The notes: generated by a model not told the origin, from the letters alone. Positions 1 through 12,345 are shown, counted from the first letter of the whole stretch. The stretch is DNA of 63,070 nt, filler included, from Collodictyon triciliatum (GCA_043381765.1; 18 parts of 18 records of this genome joined end to end with filler, not necessarily neighbours in it); one strand, 5' to 3'. Made by a program: numbers and translations.

Positions 1-57
<57 letters not shown>

Positions 58-127
58 ATTTTTTTAGTTTTTTTTTTTTTTTTTTTTTATAAAAAAATGA
101 TACTTTTGTGATGATGTTTGATGCAGG

Positions 128-3000
128 GATATGTGACGCCTTCGCCGATGGATATCCTGCAAGGTGCAAGTTCAGAGGGTGAGTTGATATGTCGAAGTAA
201 AACCAGACATTTTGGTTCAGCTCTTTCATCATTTGTTAATCATTCAAACTGGTCTTATTTTTTTTTCATATTATCATTATTCTTTTGGTCTATCAAATTT
301 TATTAATCCATTCAAAAAAAAACGATGATCTACGTTTAGAATTTGGATCTATATTGTTTGTGCAGTCATTTGCAAATATCACTGTCATCGATACTGAGGA
401 GGGCCTCGTTCTTGTCGATGTTGGGAGCAACTACTACTGCCTAGATATCCACCGAGAAATTAGGAGATGGAGCTCAAAACCCATTCACTCGGTCATCTAC
501 ACGCACGGACATGTTGACCACGTGACCGGCATAGGCATCTTCGATGAGTAAGTCACGGCATTCATGCATGATTGCTTTTTTTATGGTCTCTCTCTCTTTT
601 TCTGTCCGCATCATAATCTGAATGAAGATTCAGAAAGTGTGCATGATACTTATTTCTTTTGATATTGACGATTAATCTTGCCATGTCTATCATAACAGAG
701 AGGCTGAGAAGGTGGGCGCCAATCCGATTCAGGTTATCGGGCACGAGAATGTAGCTCCACGCTTCGATCGATATTCCATTACAAATGGGTATGTTTCCTC
801 CTCAATTTGATAAGCCCTTTATTCATCTCGCCATGTATGAGGTTACAGCGAATGCACAGCCGATCATGTATGTGTTAACCACGGATTTTTTTGTTTGCTT
901 GTTTGCTTGTTTGTTTGCTTGTTTGTTTGTTTGTTTGTTTGTTTGTTTGTTTGCTTGTTTGTTTGTTTGTTTGTTTGTTTGTTTGTTTGTTTGTTTGTTT
1001 GTTTGTTTGTTTGTTTGTTTGTTTGTTTGTTTGCTTGCTTGTTTGTTTGTTTGTTTGTTTGTTTGTTTGTTTGTTTGTTTGTTTGTTTGTTTGTTTGTTT
1101 GTTTGTTTGTTTGTTTGTTTGTTTGTTTGTTTGTTTTGCACCAGGAATATTTGTCTAATCTTGTGGATGTGTTAAAATTCAAATAATCTACATTTTTTTA
1201 TTAAATTTTTTTTCTCGGTTTGCACAAGATATAATGCAATCATCAACCAAAGACAATTTGCTCTTCCCAAGGCCCGATTCAACCACGAATTTCATTATCC
1301 ATCTCTAATTCATAAGAATGGAATGAAACTGACTATCGGGAAAGTTCCCATAGAGCTTTTCCATGATAAAGGAGAGACTGATGATTCCACTTGGTATGCT
1401 TTTATAAATATTCACTTGACCTAAGTTATATATTATAATTATTATTAAAAAAAAAAAGAAGGGAGAAGTTTAATGAAAGGTTGAAATTTTATACAAAGAT
1501 AATCAACCATAAATATGTACAGGGTTTATTTACCGAATCAAAAGGCCATTTGCACTGGAGATCTTTTCCTATGGGTCACATATCCAAAAAGATAAAAGAT
1601 TTGAACAATTTAATTGTACAATTACATCACCGTACTGCTGATGTTTTACTACCCTTAACCATGACACCCCAAATTGTGGCAATCCGCAAAAGGCTCAGCG
1701 ATATCCTGTAGCTTGACAAACATGCATAAATTGATTCATGCTTCTACCCTCTTTCATTCCATTTCATTTTATTACAAAACTTTTTACTCAATGAAACAAA
1801 ATATACAGCTAGAATGGGCAAGAGCTTTCTTGAAAATGGCTTCTCTCAATGCAGAGGTTTTATATCCCGGTACGAATATAACAATTCAATCATTCAACTT
1901 TGATACGAACATCCCATGACTTTCTCTCCACTCTTTCTATCTTATCGCACGAAGTACTAAAAAAAACCGCTTAAAAGGACATGGAACTCCGATATTTGGC
2001 TCCGAAAGAGTTCGTCAGGCATTGCTTGAGTCCGCTGCATTCATCAAAATTGTTGCTGAACAAGCCCTAGGAATGATAAATGAAGGTGCAACACTTATGA
2101 CATTCGCTTTTCTCTTTCTCTTTCTCTTTTTCTTTTTCTTTCTCTTTCTCTTTCTCTTTCTCTTTCTCTTTCTCTTTCTCTTTCTCTTTCTCTTTCTCTT
2201 TCTCTTTCTCTTTCTCTTTCTCTTTTTCTCTTTCTCTTTCTCTTTCTCTTTCTCTTCTTTTTGATTTTATTACGTAGAATAATAATTTTTCCTTGAAAAG
2301 CGTTATCAGTCTTTCCTCAGACAATTGAATAACAAAAGAAATCATATATTTTTCTGGTAAACAGGTAAAACGCTGAACGATGTCATTCATAGCATGAAGT
2401 ACCCGACTGAATTACTTCAGAGACCTTATTTACGACCTATTTAGTTAGTCTTCTATCAAATCTGTTGTGTAATTCTTGTTTTGAGGGATAATGAATGCTT
2501 TAATAGTTTATGCTTAATAATTTTTTTCAATACACATCTTGATGCAGCGATGAGCCAGAGTTCATCGTTCGGAACATGTGGAGACTTTACGCTGGTAACA
2601 TCCAGCAGCTATTAAAATCAATATATTATCAGTAACGAAAGCAGAGGGAAAAGATCTTTGTTTAATGCCTAAATCGACAGGTTGGTATGATCAAAACCCG
2701 GCACATTTGAAGCCTGCTGCAGATAAGGACCTTGCTGATGAACTGGTCAGTTTTATTTCTATAACTCATTAAGCACGATAAAAACAAGTCTTTTGCTGAT
2801 GGAGAGGGAGAGAACAATAATGATGTGCTCCGAGTCACAATTTCCTTTCTCTTTCACTCACTGTGCTATTCATCATGGTAAATTCAACACCCGTTCTCAT
2901 GGTCTGTTTCCTGCCCTCTGACTTTTCTTACGAACCAGGTCAAGCTCGCAAACGGAAATGTCGATGTCCTTGTGCGCCGAGCCAAAGAACTTGCGAAGGA
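128..3000 (+). CDS. Alkyl/aryl-sulfatase-type metallo-beta-lactamase (SdsA1/BDS1-like), multi-exon, partial
   Basis: GT-AG spliced exons read SFANITVIDTEEGLVLVD, YTHGHVDH (HxHxDH), VIGHENVAPRFDRY, HDKGETDDSTW, ICTGDLFLW, PNCGNPQKAQRYP, LYP|GHGTPIFG, PYLRPIY|DEPEFIVRNMWRLYAG|WYDQNPAHLKPA (dimerisation region). Confidence 0.88.
890..1136 (+). repeat. (GTTT)n microsatellite in intron
   Basis: Direct reading; it produces the spurious CLFV/KQTN ORFs. Confidence 0.95.
2108..2262 (+). repeat. (TTCTCT)n microsatellite in intron
   Basis: Direct reading. Confidence 0.95.
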
Positions 3001-3145
3001 AAAGAACTATCGTCTCGCATGCCATCTTGTTTGTGCCAATTGATTTTCTAAACCGACTTACGCTGTCTCCTCGTAAAAAGCCACAAGAAAAATTACCCGA
3101 AACCCAAAACAAAACTATGATATGTAAAACTTACAACGCATTGAC

Positions 3146-3239
<94 letters not shown>

Positions 3240-3339
3240 NNNNNNNNNNNNNNNNNNNNNNNNNNNNNNNNNNNNNNNNNNNNTTAATTAATTAANNNNN
3301 NNNNNNNNNNNNNNNNNNNNNNNNNNNNNNNNNNNNNNN
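3240..3339. other. Artificial contig-joining spacer N(~44)-TTAATTAATTAA-N(~44), first of 17 copies
   Basis: The same spacer recurs near 6620, 9960, 13300, 16635, 19970, 23305, 26640, 29970, 33300, 36635, 39965, 43295, 46625, 49955, 53285 and 59790. It has stops in all six frames, and the flanking contigs are unrelated. Confidence 0.98.
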
Positions 3340-3341
3340 CA

Positions 3342-6300
3342 AACTCCGGCTCATATAGAAACAAATCATGTATCGAATGTCCACAAGGTACTTGGAATGA
3401 TAGAGATGGTCAAGCATCATGCACATCATGTCCAGCTGGTACATTCAACAATAAAACTGGCTCATTCAACCAATCATCATGCATTTCATGTTCAAATGGA
3501 AGCTATAGTTCAGAAAGAAGCTCATCATGTAGTCTATGTTTATCAGGATTCTATCAAAAAGAAGGCATCTCAAAAGACTCACAATCATGCTATGCTTGTC
3601 CAAAAGGTACATTCAACTCAAACTCCGGCTCATATGGAAACATGTCATGTATCGAATGTCCACAAGGTACTTGGAATGATAGAGATGTTCAAGCGTCATG
3701 CACATCCTGTCCAGCTGGTACATTCAACAATAAAACCGGCTCATTCAATCAATCGTCATGCATTTTATGTCCAAATGGGAGCTACAGCTCAGTTGGAAGC
3801 ACATCATGTATCTCATGTTCACAAGGATTCTATCAAAAAGAAGACATCATAAAAGATTCAAAATCATGCTATGCTTGTCCAAAAGGCACATTCAACTCAA
3901 ACTCCGGCTCATATGGAAACTCGTCGTGCATCGAATGTCCACATGGTACTTGGAATGATAGAGATGGTCAAGCATCATGTACATCATGTCCAGCTGGTTC
4001 ATTCAACAACAAAACTGGTTCATCCAATAATTCATCATGCATTTCATGTCCAAATGGAAGCTACAGCTCAGAGAGAAGCTCATCGTGCAGCTTATGCTCA
4101 TCAGGATTCTATCAAAAAGAAGACATCACAAAAGACTCACAATCATGCTATGCTTGTCCAAAAGGCACATTCAACTTAAACTACGGCTCATATGGCAACA
4201 AATCATGTATTGAATGTCCACAAGGTACTTGGAATGATAAAGATGGTCAAGCATCATGCACATCATGTCCAGCGGGAACATTCAACGATAAAAGTGGTTC
4301 GTTTAATCAATCATCATGTATTTCATGTTCAGACGGAAGCTACAGCTCAGAAAGGAGCTCATCATGTAGTTTTTGCTTATCAGGATTCTTTCAAAAAGAA
4401 GGTGTCATAAAAGACTCTAAATCATGCTATGCTTGTCCAAAAGGCACATTCAACTCAAACTTCGGCTCATATGGAAACAAATCATGTATTGAATGTCCAC
4501 AAGGTACTTGGAATGATAGAGATGGTCAGGCATCATGCACATCATGTACAGCTGGTACATTCAACAACAAAACTGGCTCATTTGATGAATCATCATGTAC
4601 TTCATGTCCAAATGGAAGTTACAGCCCAGAGAGAAGCGCATCATGCACTTTGTGCTCATCAGGATTCTATCAAAAAGAAGATATCACAAAAGACTCACAA
4701 TCATGCTATGCTTGTCCAAAAGGCACATTCAACTCATACTCCGGCTCATATGGAAACACATCGTGCACCGAATGTCCACAAGGTACTTGGAATGATAAGG
4801 ATGGTCAAGCATCATGCACATCATGTCCAGCTGGTACATTCAACAATCAAACTGGTTTATTCAACCAATCATCATGTATTTCATGTCCAAAGGGAAGCTA
4901 CAGCTCAGAGAGAAGCGCATCATGCAGTTTGTGTTCATCAGGATTCTATCAAAATGAAGATAGCACAAAAGACTCAAAATCATGCTATGCTTGTCCAAAA
5001 GGCACATTCAACTCATACTCCGGCTCATATGGAAACACATCATGCACCGAATGTCCACAAGGTACTTGGAATGATAGAGATGGTCAGGCATCATGCACAT
5101 CATGTCCAGCTGGTACATTCAATAATAAAACTGGCTCATATAATCAATCATCATGTATTTCATGTCCGAATGGGAGCTACAGCTCAGAGAGAAGTGCATC
5201 ATGCAGTTTGTGTTCATCAGGATTCTATCAAAAAGAAGATATCACAAAAGACTCAAAATCATGCGATGCTTGTCCAAAAGGCACATTCAACTCATACTCC
5301 GGCTCATATGGAAACACATCATGCATTGAATGTCCACAAGGCACTTGGAATGATAGAGATGGTCAAACATCATGCACATCATGTCCAGCTGGTACATTCA
5401 ACAACAAAACTGGTTCATGTAATCAATCATCGTGCATTTCATGTCCGAAAGGAAGCTACTGCTCAGTTGGAAGCGCATCATGCAGCTTATGCTCATCAGG
5501 GTACTACCAAAAAGAAGGAATCACAAAAGACTCAGAATCATGTCATGCTTGTCCAAGAGGCACATTCAACTCAAACTCCGGCTCATATGGAAACACGTCA
5601 TGTACTGAATGTCCACAAGGTACTTGGAATGATAGAGATGGTCAAGCATCGTGTACATCATGTCCAGCTGGCACATTCAACAACAAAACTGGCTCATTCA
5701 ATCAATACTCATGCATTCCATGTTCAGATGGGAGTTACAGCTCAGAAAGAAGCTATTCATGCAGCTTATGCTTATCAGGATTCTACCAACAAGAAGGAAT
5801 TACAAAAGACCCGGAATCATGCTATGCTTGTACAAAAGGCACATTCAATTCAATATCCGGCTCATATGGAAATTCATCATGTAGTGAATGTCCACAAGGT
5901 ACTTGGAATGATAGAGATGGTCAAGCATCGTGCACATCATGTTCAGCTGGTACATTCAGTAACAAAACTGGCTCGTTTGATCAATCATCATGCATTCCAT
6001 GTCCAAATGGAAGCTACAGCTCGGAGAGAAGCTCATCATGCAGTTTATGCTCATCAGGATTCTACCAAAAAGAAGAAACCATAAAAGATTCCAAATCATG
6101 CTATGCTTGTCAAAAAGGTACATTCAACTCAAACTCCGGCTCATATGGAAACAAATCATGTATTGAATGCCCACAAGGTACTTGGAATGATAGAGAGGGT
6201 CAAGCATCATGCACATCATGTCCAGCTGGTACATTCAACAACAAAACTGGCTCATTCGATGAATCATCGTGCATTTCATGTTCAAATGGAAGCTACAGCT

Positions 6301-6575
6301 CGGAGAGAAGCGCATCATGCAGCTTATGCCCGACACGCTCAAGTACAATTAAAGAAGGCTCCATGTCAATCGATGATTGCAAGTGCTTAGATACTTATGT
6401 GTCATATGATTCTATTTGCACATGTCCTCCAGGACAATTTGAGGATGAAAGCGAATGCGTTCCATGCAGACTTGGCGCATACAAATCAACAAACAGCACG
6501 AATTTCTGCCTATCTTGTGGTGATAAATTTACGACGAAAAACAATGGCTCTATCTATTCAACCGATTGCGAATGC
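3342..6575 (+). CDS. Cys-rich tandem-repeat surface protein (GCC2/GCC3, ephrin-receptor-like CxxCPxG repeats), partial at both ends
   Basis: The frame is open across the whole contig. It has 11 copies of a 93-aa (279 bp) unit (CP[QH]GTWND at 3378, 3657 ... 6168) and many NxS/T sequons. Confidence 0.9.
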
Positions 6576-6676
6576 ANNNNNNNNNNNNNNNNNNNNNNNN
6601 NNNNNNNNNNNNNNNNNNNNTTAATTAATTAANNNNNNNNNNNNNNNNNNNNNNNNNNNNNNNNNNNNNNNNNNNN

Positions 6677-6822
6677 AAACAAGTAAACAAGTAAACAAGT
6701 AAACAAGTAAACAAGTAAACAAGTAAACAAGTAAACAAGTAAACAAGTAAACAAGTAAACAAGTAAACAAGTAAACAAATAAACAAGTAAACAAATAAAC
6801 AAATAAACAGGTAAACAAGTAA
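6677..6822 (+). repeat. (AAACAAGT)n 8-mer tandem repeat
   Basis: Direct reading at the contig start. Confidence 0.95.
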
Positions 6823-6950
6823 CCAAGAATGAAAGCAATTCCAAATAAAAAGAAAACATAACATGCAAAAAAAATAAATTATATAAATAAGCAACAATTT
6901 AGATTATGCATGTGTTGAGAAACTCAAAGGTTTAATGGAATATCAACTTA

Positions 6951-9117
6951 ATGCAGAAAGCCATGAGAAAAGCAGCATCACCGATTGCACTCTTCCTATT
7001 GGGACTTGTGGTACTTTTGACGTCTGTGGCGGCCCAAGTGAGTAAAAAAATGGCGACGTGTGGACATTTTCTTGGGGAAAAACTTGTGCAAGTTGCAAAG
7101 ATAGGCAAACATATCTAGCATCCCCTATGCAATTTCAAATATTGAATTGTTTCAGTCTTACTCTATCATTTGAATACTATATCAATTGATGCAACAACTT
7201 ATTGCTTTTTTCTTTTCTTTTTAAAAAAGCCGAATGTAAGGAAGGAGCTCACACGATTGACGGAGGACGAACTCTTAGAATTGCGCCGCGCTTTTGAGAT
7301 GATGCAGCTGGACGAAGGTAGCTTGCTTCAAATTTTATGACAATCAAACAAATCTAATGAAAGTGCACATACACAAAACGGCTCGATAAAAAACGGAAAC
7401 TGGACTTTTGATTACCATATAAACTCAAATGATATTCAATCTCGATAATACACTAGCCCAAAATATTTTAAACTCAATCAAACATTTCTGTATCTTTCCC
7501 GTGACATATATATAAAGGTGATTGTGGATACCAAGCCTTTTCTTCAATCCATGGTCTACCGGCACCAATTTACTGCCCACACGGCATCGAAATATTCTTG
7601 TGGTGGCATCGTGCTTATATCATTTCAGTGGAACGGTGTCTTCAACGATACGTTCCAAACATCGGGATTCCGTTCTGGGACTGGACATCAAACGACGCTG
7701 TGCTCAACGGAATCCCCGCCGCCCTTGCGAATGTTACCTATTACGACCCATTGGAAAGAAGGTAGGAAAATTAAAAGCCGTTCAAAAAAATCAAAACAAA
7801 CTTATTAGATAACTTTGGATACACATAGAGAACGATGTTTGCATTTATATAGATGTATCTTAAAAAGAAAAGAAAAGTGCACTAAATTTTAAGTGATATA
7901 TTCATATAAAAACACTTTTCTAAAAAAAAATATAACAGAGAGAAGCCCAATCCTCTCTACAGCGGCTTAATTGGATTTAACAACACCCAAACGACCCGCA
8001 AGCCAAGAGACCCAGCCGAACTGGCCTACCTTCGTCGAATCATGAATCGCTCCCTGACCTATTCAAACTTCACATTGTTCACGGATAGATATGAGCTCGC
8101 ACATGACTTACTTCATGTATGGGTCGGTGCTACAATGCAGCAAGTATTCATATCGTCGTACGACCCACTGTTTTACTTCCACCATACCAATGTTGACAGA
8201 TTACTATCCACTTGGCAAGCGATGTACCCGGAGTCGCCCTTGTCTGAAGAAATCAAAAACCAGGATTTGCCACCATTTTCAATCACACCCAAACAATTAA
8301 TCAACGTGCGCTACAAGTATTCATACCTTTATACACCTCCTGGTGATATCCCTTACTTGATTTGTTCGTCAAATACCATAAGGCCTGTCAGATATGACGT
8401 GTCGGTAGTGATGTCTGGTGCGATGATGACCATGCACTCATATCTCATCGATATCGAATTGGTTAAATATGGTGATAAACCAGAGGCTGATGAGCAAGTC
8501 GTGACTCGAGCAGGGCGGGTAGGTATTTTTGGAGAGGGGGTAATCCATGCAGAACATCACGGAAGGGGCCTGGAGCGCTGGTTATCGGTAAGATAAATGC
8601 CTCTTTCCTTTCTTTTTTTATAAAAAAAATCAGATATTTCGATTTATTTAACATTAATTGTTTGAGCTTTGTAGTTATTGCGAGTCTTTCCTATGGAAAC
8701 TTAATGCATTATAAAATTTATTTTAAATTTTTGAAGATATCGGATGCTGCACTGGGCTTTGGGATGCAAATGTGTCCTTTGTCTGGAGGGGTCTTACAGC
8801 CACAAGATGGACCTTTTGTCCGTGAGTAAACTTCACTAACCGTTTTGACTCCGCCGAAAGAAATTGCTTGTGCCTATTTGCGTTAATTTTCATTATTCAA
8901 TATGACAGAATCGAGCACTATCTCATGCCCCCTGATTCCCATTGACTCTGATCGCCCTCATCTCTTGCGAATTGATGCAAGCGCAAGTGAGGCATGTCCC
9001 GAATCATTCCCTTTGGTGCAACTTACTGTGATGCAGACTACCGCCGGCAGCGCCATTCCAGAGGAGATAAGCTCGTTCTACAAGAATGTTCGCATTTCCT
9101 GGGCCAAAATGCCGTAG
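6951..9117 (+). CDS. Secreted tyrosinase / type-3 copper protein, multi-exon
   Basis: Signal-peptide exon (IALFLLGLVVLLTSVAAQ|gtgagt); VRKELTRLTEDELLELRRAFEMMQ; CuA region SIHGLPAPIYCPHGIEIFLWWHRAY and PFWDW; CuB region ELAHDLLHVWVG...SYDPLFYFHHTNVDRL. Confidence 0.88.
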
Positions 9118-10012
9118 CTCTTTCATCGGACAGGCCTCCTCTATTTTATTGTCTGTCGCGGTATTCTCGGCACCCTTGTCCTTCACTTCAAGGAGGCGAC
9201 AAAAATAAACTGAGGAGTCAACTGGAGTGAGCGAGACTAGCGTAAACCACTTTTTTCTTCTTTTTCAGAAATAATTATTTATTTCTGGGAAAAGAATATT
9301 GATTAATGTGATAGCGAAAGAAAATCAGCGACTGGGACTTCCAGGGTTATTTTGACAGGAAAAGTCACACTTGTCCACTACAAAAATTGATGCGTATCAC
9401 ATATGGAAAAACGGTATGACTTAAGACGGCCTCAATTATGCGCTTTTACTGCGTGGTTTTCCTGCTCCTATTGGTTCTGAGGCGCCCTTTTCATTCTTTT
9501 TCTCTCTCTCGTTATGTAAACTTGTTCGGCTTCCTCCCTGTTCATCACGCAGCTTCTGGATAGGAACTCGGTGTATGCTAAGAGCAGATTTTCGTTCATG
9601 ATTTTCGCCACCGCCCTGCGCCCACCATAATTCATTTTTATTGCTAAAATGCATGTAAATGTGTATTATTTATCATCATTAAGAATTTTTGGCCATTAAA
9701 ACGAATATTGAATGATATATAAAATATATTCCGCAAATGGTATCAATACAATCGTTCATACTATGCCAAACGACAAAGCCTTTTTCTCACAAAACCGATC
9801 GCCTTCAAGCAAACTTTGAACTCCGCGTTGGATCAAGAAAACAAAAAACAAAAAACAAAAAACAAAAAAACAAAAAAACAAAAAAACAAAAAAACAAAAA
9901 AACAAAAAAACANNNNNNNNNNNNNNNNNNNNNNNNNNNNNNNNNNNNNNNNNNNNTTAATTAATTAANNNNNNNNNNNNNNNNNNNNNNNNNNNNNNNN
10001 NNNNNNNNNNNN

Positions 10013-10120
10013 GCCTCCGCAGCACGAACTCTTTTTTAAATGATCAACTGTATACTTGAACAGTCTTTCAATTACCAAAACACAAGTCATAAGTAATGAG
10101 ATTATTGTAACTGGTTCCAT
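10013..10120 (-). CDS. Small membrane protein downstream of the MCP, truncated by the contig end
   Basis: MEPVTIISLLMTCVLVIERLFKYTVDHLKKSSCCGG; N-terminal hydrophobic helix followed by KKSSCC. It starts about 20 nt after the MCP stop and is absent from the supplied ORF track. Confidence 0.6.
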
Positions 10121-10140
10121 TACTTTAGTAAATATTTTTT

Positions 10141-11865
10141 TTATTCCACGCGGAAAGTCTGCTGGTTGCTTTGAATCTCCAGCACAGCGTCGTACAAGGA
10201 TGCAACTATTACATTATAATTAACACCTGTGGGAATAACGCTATTAAACTCTAAACGCAAACTCATTAAGCCCGAGCCGGAACTCTGAATGTCTGACCCT
10301 ACTATTTCCCCTTCGACTGCATCGAGTACCTTGCGTAAATTAAACCCAAGCATAAACTCACAATTGGGTCCACATGCAGATTCGCGCAAGTATCGAATAC
10401 CATCATTACCAACTGTACCTAAATGTGCCCCAGCTCCGGCGGTAATTGCAGGATCCAAAAAATTATTTCCAGCAGCGCCGGCTCCATTACCACAGTTAAC
10501 GGAGACTACTCTGGTAAAATCTGATAAAAACACAGCACCTTTTGGGTTGTTAGCGGCGTTATTAGCATATGGAACAAAAGTATAATTACCAAGTTGTCTT
10601 TCTTGATTATATCCAACAGCATCAGCTACTGGAGTTATTCCGCCAGTTTGTAAAGCTGTTTCGGTTGCACCTTGATTTGCGCCTAATGCACTAATAGAAC
10701 CTTCAAGTCTTTGATTTAGTGGAACTGCAGGATTTGACCCAGGCCAGAATTGTCGGCCATCATAAGCAAATGGTCCAGTGTATTCTGAGCGAACAAACGT
10801 AAGACCCAGAGCCTTCTGTAATTCTAGGAAAACCTGAGGAGCTGATTCCTCGCAATCCATCGGCTGCAGGGGGTAGTACATCGAACCAAGTTGTAGCTGT
10901 GCCGTTTTCAAATTCAGGGGAAGATGCTTTCTGTCCTTGCCAGCAACATTTAGCTTCCCTTGTTCTTCCGTGCGGAAAAATGCAACGAATACCGCGTTCA
11001 AACTTTTGACTGTGTCATTTATATTGTACACAATGCTGGGAGTATTTTGGGGTAATGAATACAAACTTGTTCTCCAAGTCTTATAGGGAATTTGCAGGGG
11101 AATCCCGCGCTGAACAGATGATTGAAGTTGAGCGTGATATTCTGGTGCCATTCGTACAACATCATAACTTAGATAACATTTGTCTATTTCATAATACACT
11201 TCTGACGCGGCTAAAGCTGTACCCATAGTACCAGCTGCAATTGAATACGCAACCAAACAATCCTGAGCGGGTGCAAGTTCTATTTCAATTTGGAACGCTG
11301 AGACTGAATCAATCAATGAAGTGCTGATTAGACCCGAGTAATTTGAAATACCTGAAAGGCGGAAAGGAATACAATATTGTTTATATGCTGAGTTTTGAGT
11401 AGCATTAGCACCAATTCCAAACAAATGATTCTTTTTTCTTTCTTCAGGTGAAGAAATCCCCATAATTGCTTTCCCGACACAATCATTGTAATCTTTTGAA
11501 ACATAGTTCATAAACATCGAATCCAAATAATTATATCTTTGCAGGTCTTCAAGTAAAAACGACGTCCCCTTTCTTATCTTTAATGTTTGAATAATTGATT
11601 CTATTGAATTGCAAAAATACAAATCATGGGTATTATCAGCTACATTTACACTTGTTCTAATTCTTGCTCGAAAGTGAAACATCATAGTGTCCATGTCTAT
11701 CTCGAGGCCTGATTCTGAGGGTATATTAAAGAGACAACGGTCTACACCACGAGGACCAAAGATAGATGCATTAAACGGAGAGATTCTAGTTGTATTGCGA
11801 CTAAGAACTTTGTCATTGTAATTCTTAATACGCATGTATTTCGCTTCAGAGGGAAAATCGGACAT
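10141..11865 (-). CDS. Probable double-jelly-roll major capsid protein of Polinton-like virus/virophage type (574 aa)
   Basis: Ordered motifs typical of PLV MCPs: ISPFNASIFGP..RCLFNIPS..IDMDTMMFHFR, NSIESIIQTLKIRKG..LLEDLQRYN, FQIEIEL, YEIDKCYLSYDVV, IPYKTW, VKSLNAVFVAF, QLQLGSMYYPLQP..FLELQKAL, FMLGFNL, YDAVLEI. Confidence 0.8.
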   Translation of the reverse strand: MSDFPSEAKYMRIKNYNDKVLSRNTTRISPFNASIFGPRGVDRCLFNIPSESGLEIDMDTMMFHFRARIRTSVNVADNTHDLYFCNSIESIIQTLKIRKGTSFLLEDLQRYNYLDSMFMNYVSKDYNDCVGKAIMGISSPEERKKNHLFGIGANATQNSAYKQYCIPFRLSGISNYSGLISTSLIDSVSAFQIEIELAPAQDCLVAYSIAAGTMGTALAASEVYYEIDKCYLSYDVVRMAPEYHAQLQSSVQRGIPLQIPYKTWRTSLYSLPQNTPSIVYNINDTVKSLNAVFVAFFRTEEQGKLNVAGKDRKHLPLNLKTAQLQLGSMYYPLQPMDCEESAPQVFLELQKALGLTFVRSEYTGPFAYDGRQFWPGSNPAVPLNQRLEGSISALGANQGATETALQTGGITPVADAVGYNQERQLGNYTFVPYANNAANNPKGAVFLSDFTRVVSVNCGNGAGAAGNNFLDPAITAGAGAHLGTVGNDGIRYLRESACGPNCEFMLGFNLRKVLDAVEGEIVGSDIQSSGSGLMSLRLEFNSVIPTGVNYNVIVASLYDAVLEIQSNQQTFRVE

Positions 11866-11886
11866 ACTATAATAAAGAAAATAATT

Positions 11887-12246
11887 TTATGTAAAAGGTC
11901 TAAAGGGGTGTCCGGTTGATGCAAGCACGTAAGCCTGACCCAAGTCTTGAATGCCTGAGCCTATCTGTTGTGCATTTTTTAATTTAAAATCTGTATTTCC
12001 TAAAGTCGATAACCCTCGCCCCAGGTAATTCGTCGCTGTAATTGCTGTTACTAGTGGGTTTGTAATTGTTTGAATTGCTGGTTTGACACCAGTTCCTTGG
12101 AGGGCTAATTCAACGAGTCCACCGCTAGCTCGATTCAAAGTTTGATAACCTCGGTCGATTCTGTCAATCCTGTTCATCACGTCCTGTGTATTTCTTGTTA
12201 GGAATCGCCCCACGCCCCTAGCCATTTTTCTCGCGTCTACTATCAT
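11887..12246 (-). CDS. Small basic/amphipathic viral protein (119 aa), possible core or structural protein
   Basis: Co-oriented and ends 21 nt upstream of the MCP start; N-terminal amphipathic segment RKMARGVGRFLTR; shares an upstream TCTTT motif with the MCP. Confidence 0.6.
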   Translation of the reverse strand: MIVDARKMARGVGRFLTRNTQDVMNRIDRIDRGYQTLNRASGGLVELALQGTGVKPAIQTITNPLVTAITATNYLGRGLSTLGNTDFKLKNAQQIGSGIQDLGQAYVLASTGHPFRPFT

Positions 12247-12345
12247 ATATTATCAAAGATAATATTCTGAAATCATTATACAATTGCAATACAAACCACG
12301 GTTTAGTTTTTGTCATTACATACAAATTAATTTATTGCTCATAAC

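Noticed and set aside
785-1186. CLFV/KQTN, poly-I, poly-F, poly-K, poly-C, poly-N and YCI ORFs throughout the window
   Set aside because: Translations of microsatellites and homopolymers in introns or at contig ends.
4429-6084. 551-aa His-rich overlapping ORF and similar shorter ones
   Set aside because: A +1-frame shadow of the Cys-rich repeat gene: TCA-TGY codon pairs give CAT, and the repeats propagate stop-free frames.
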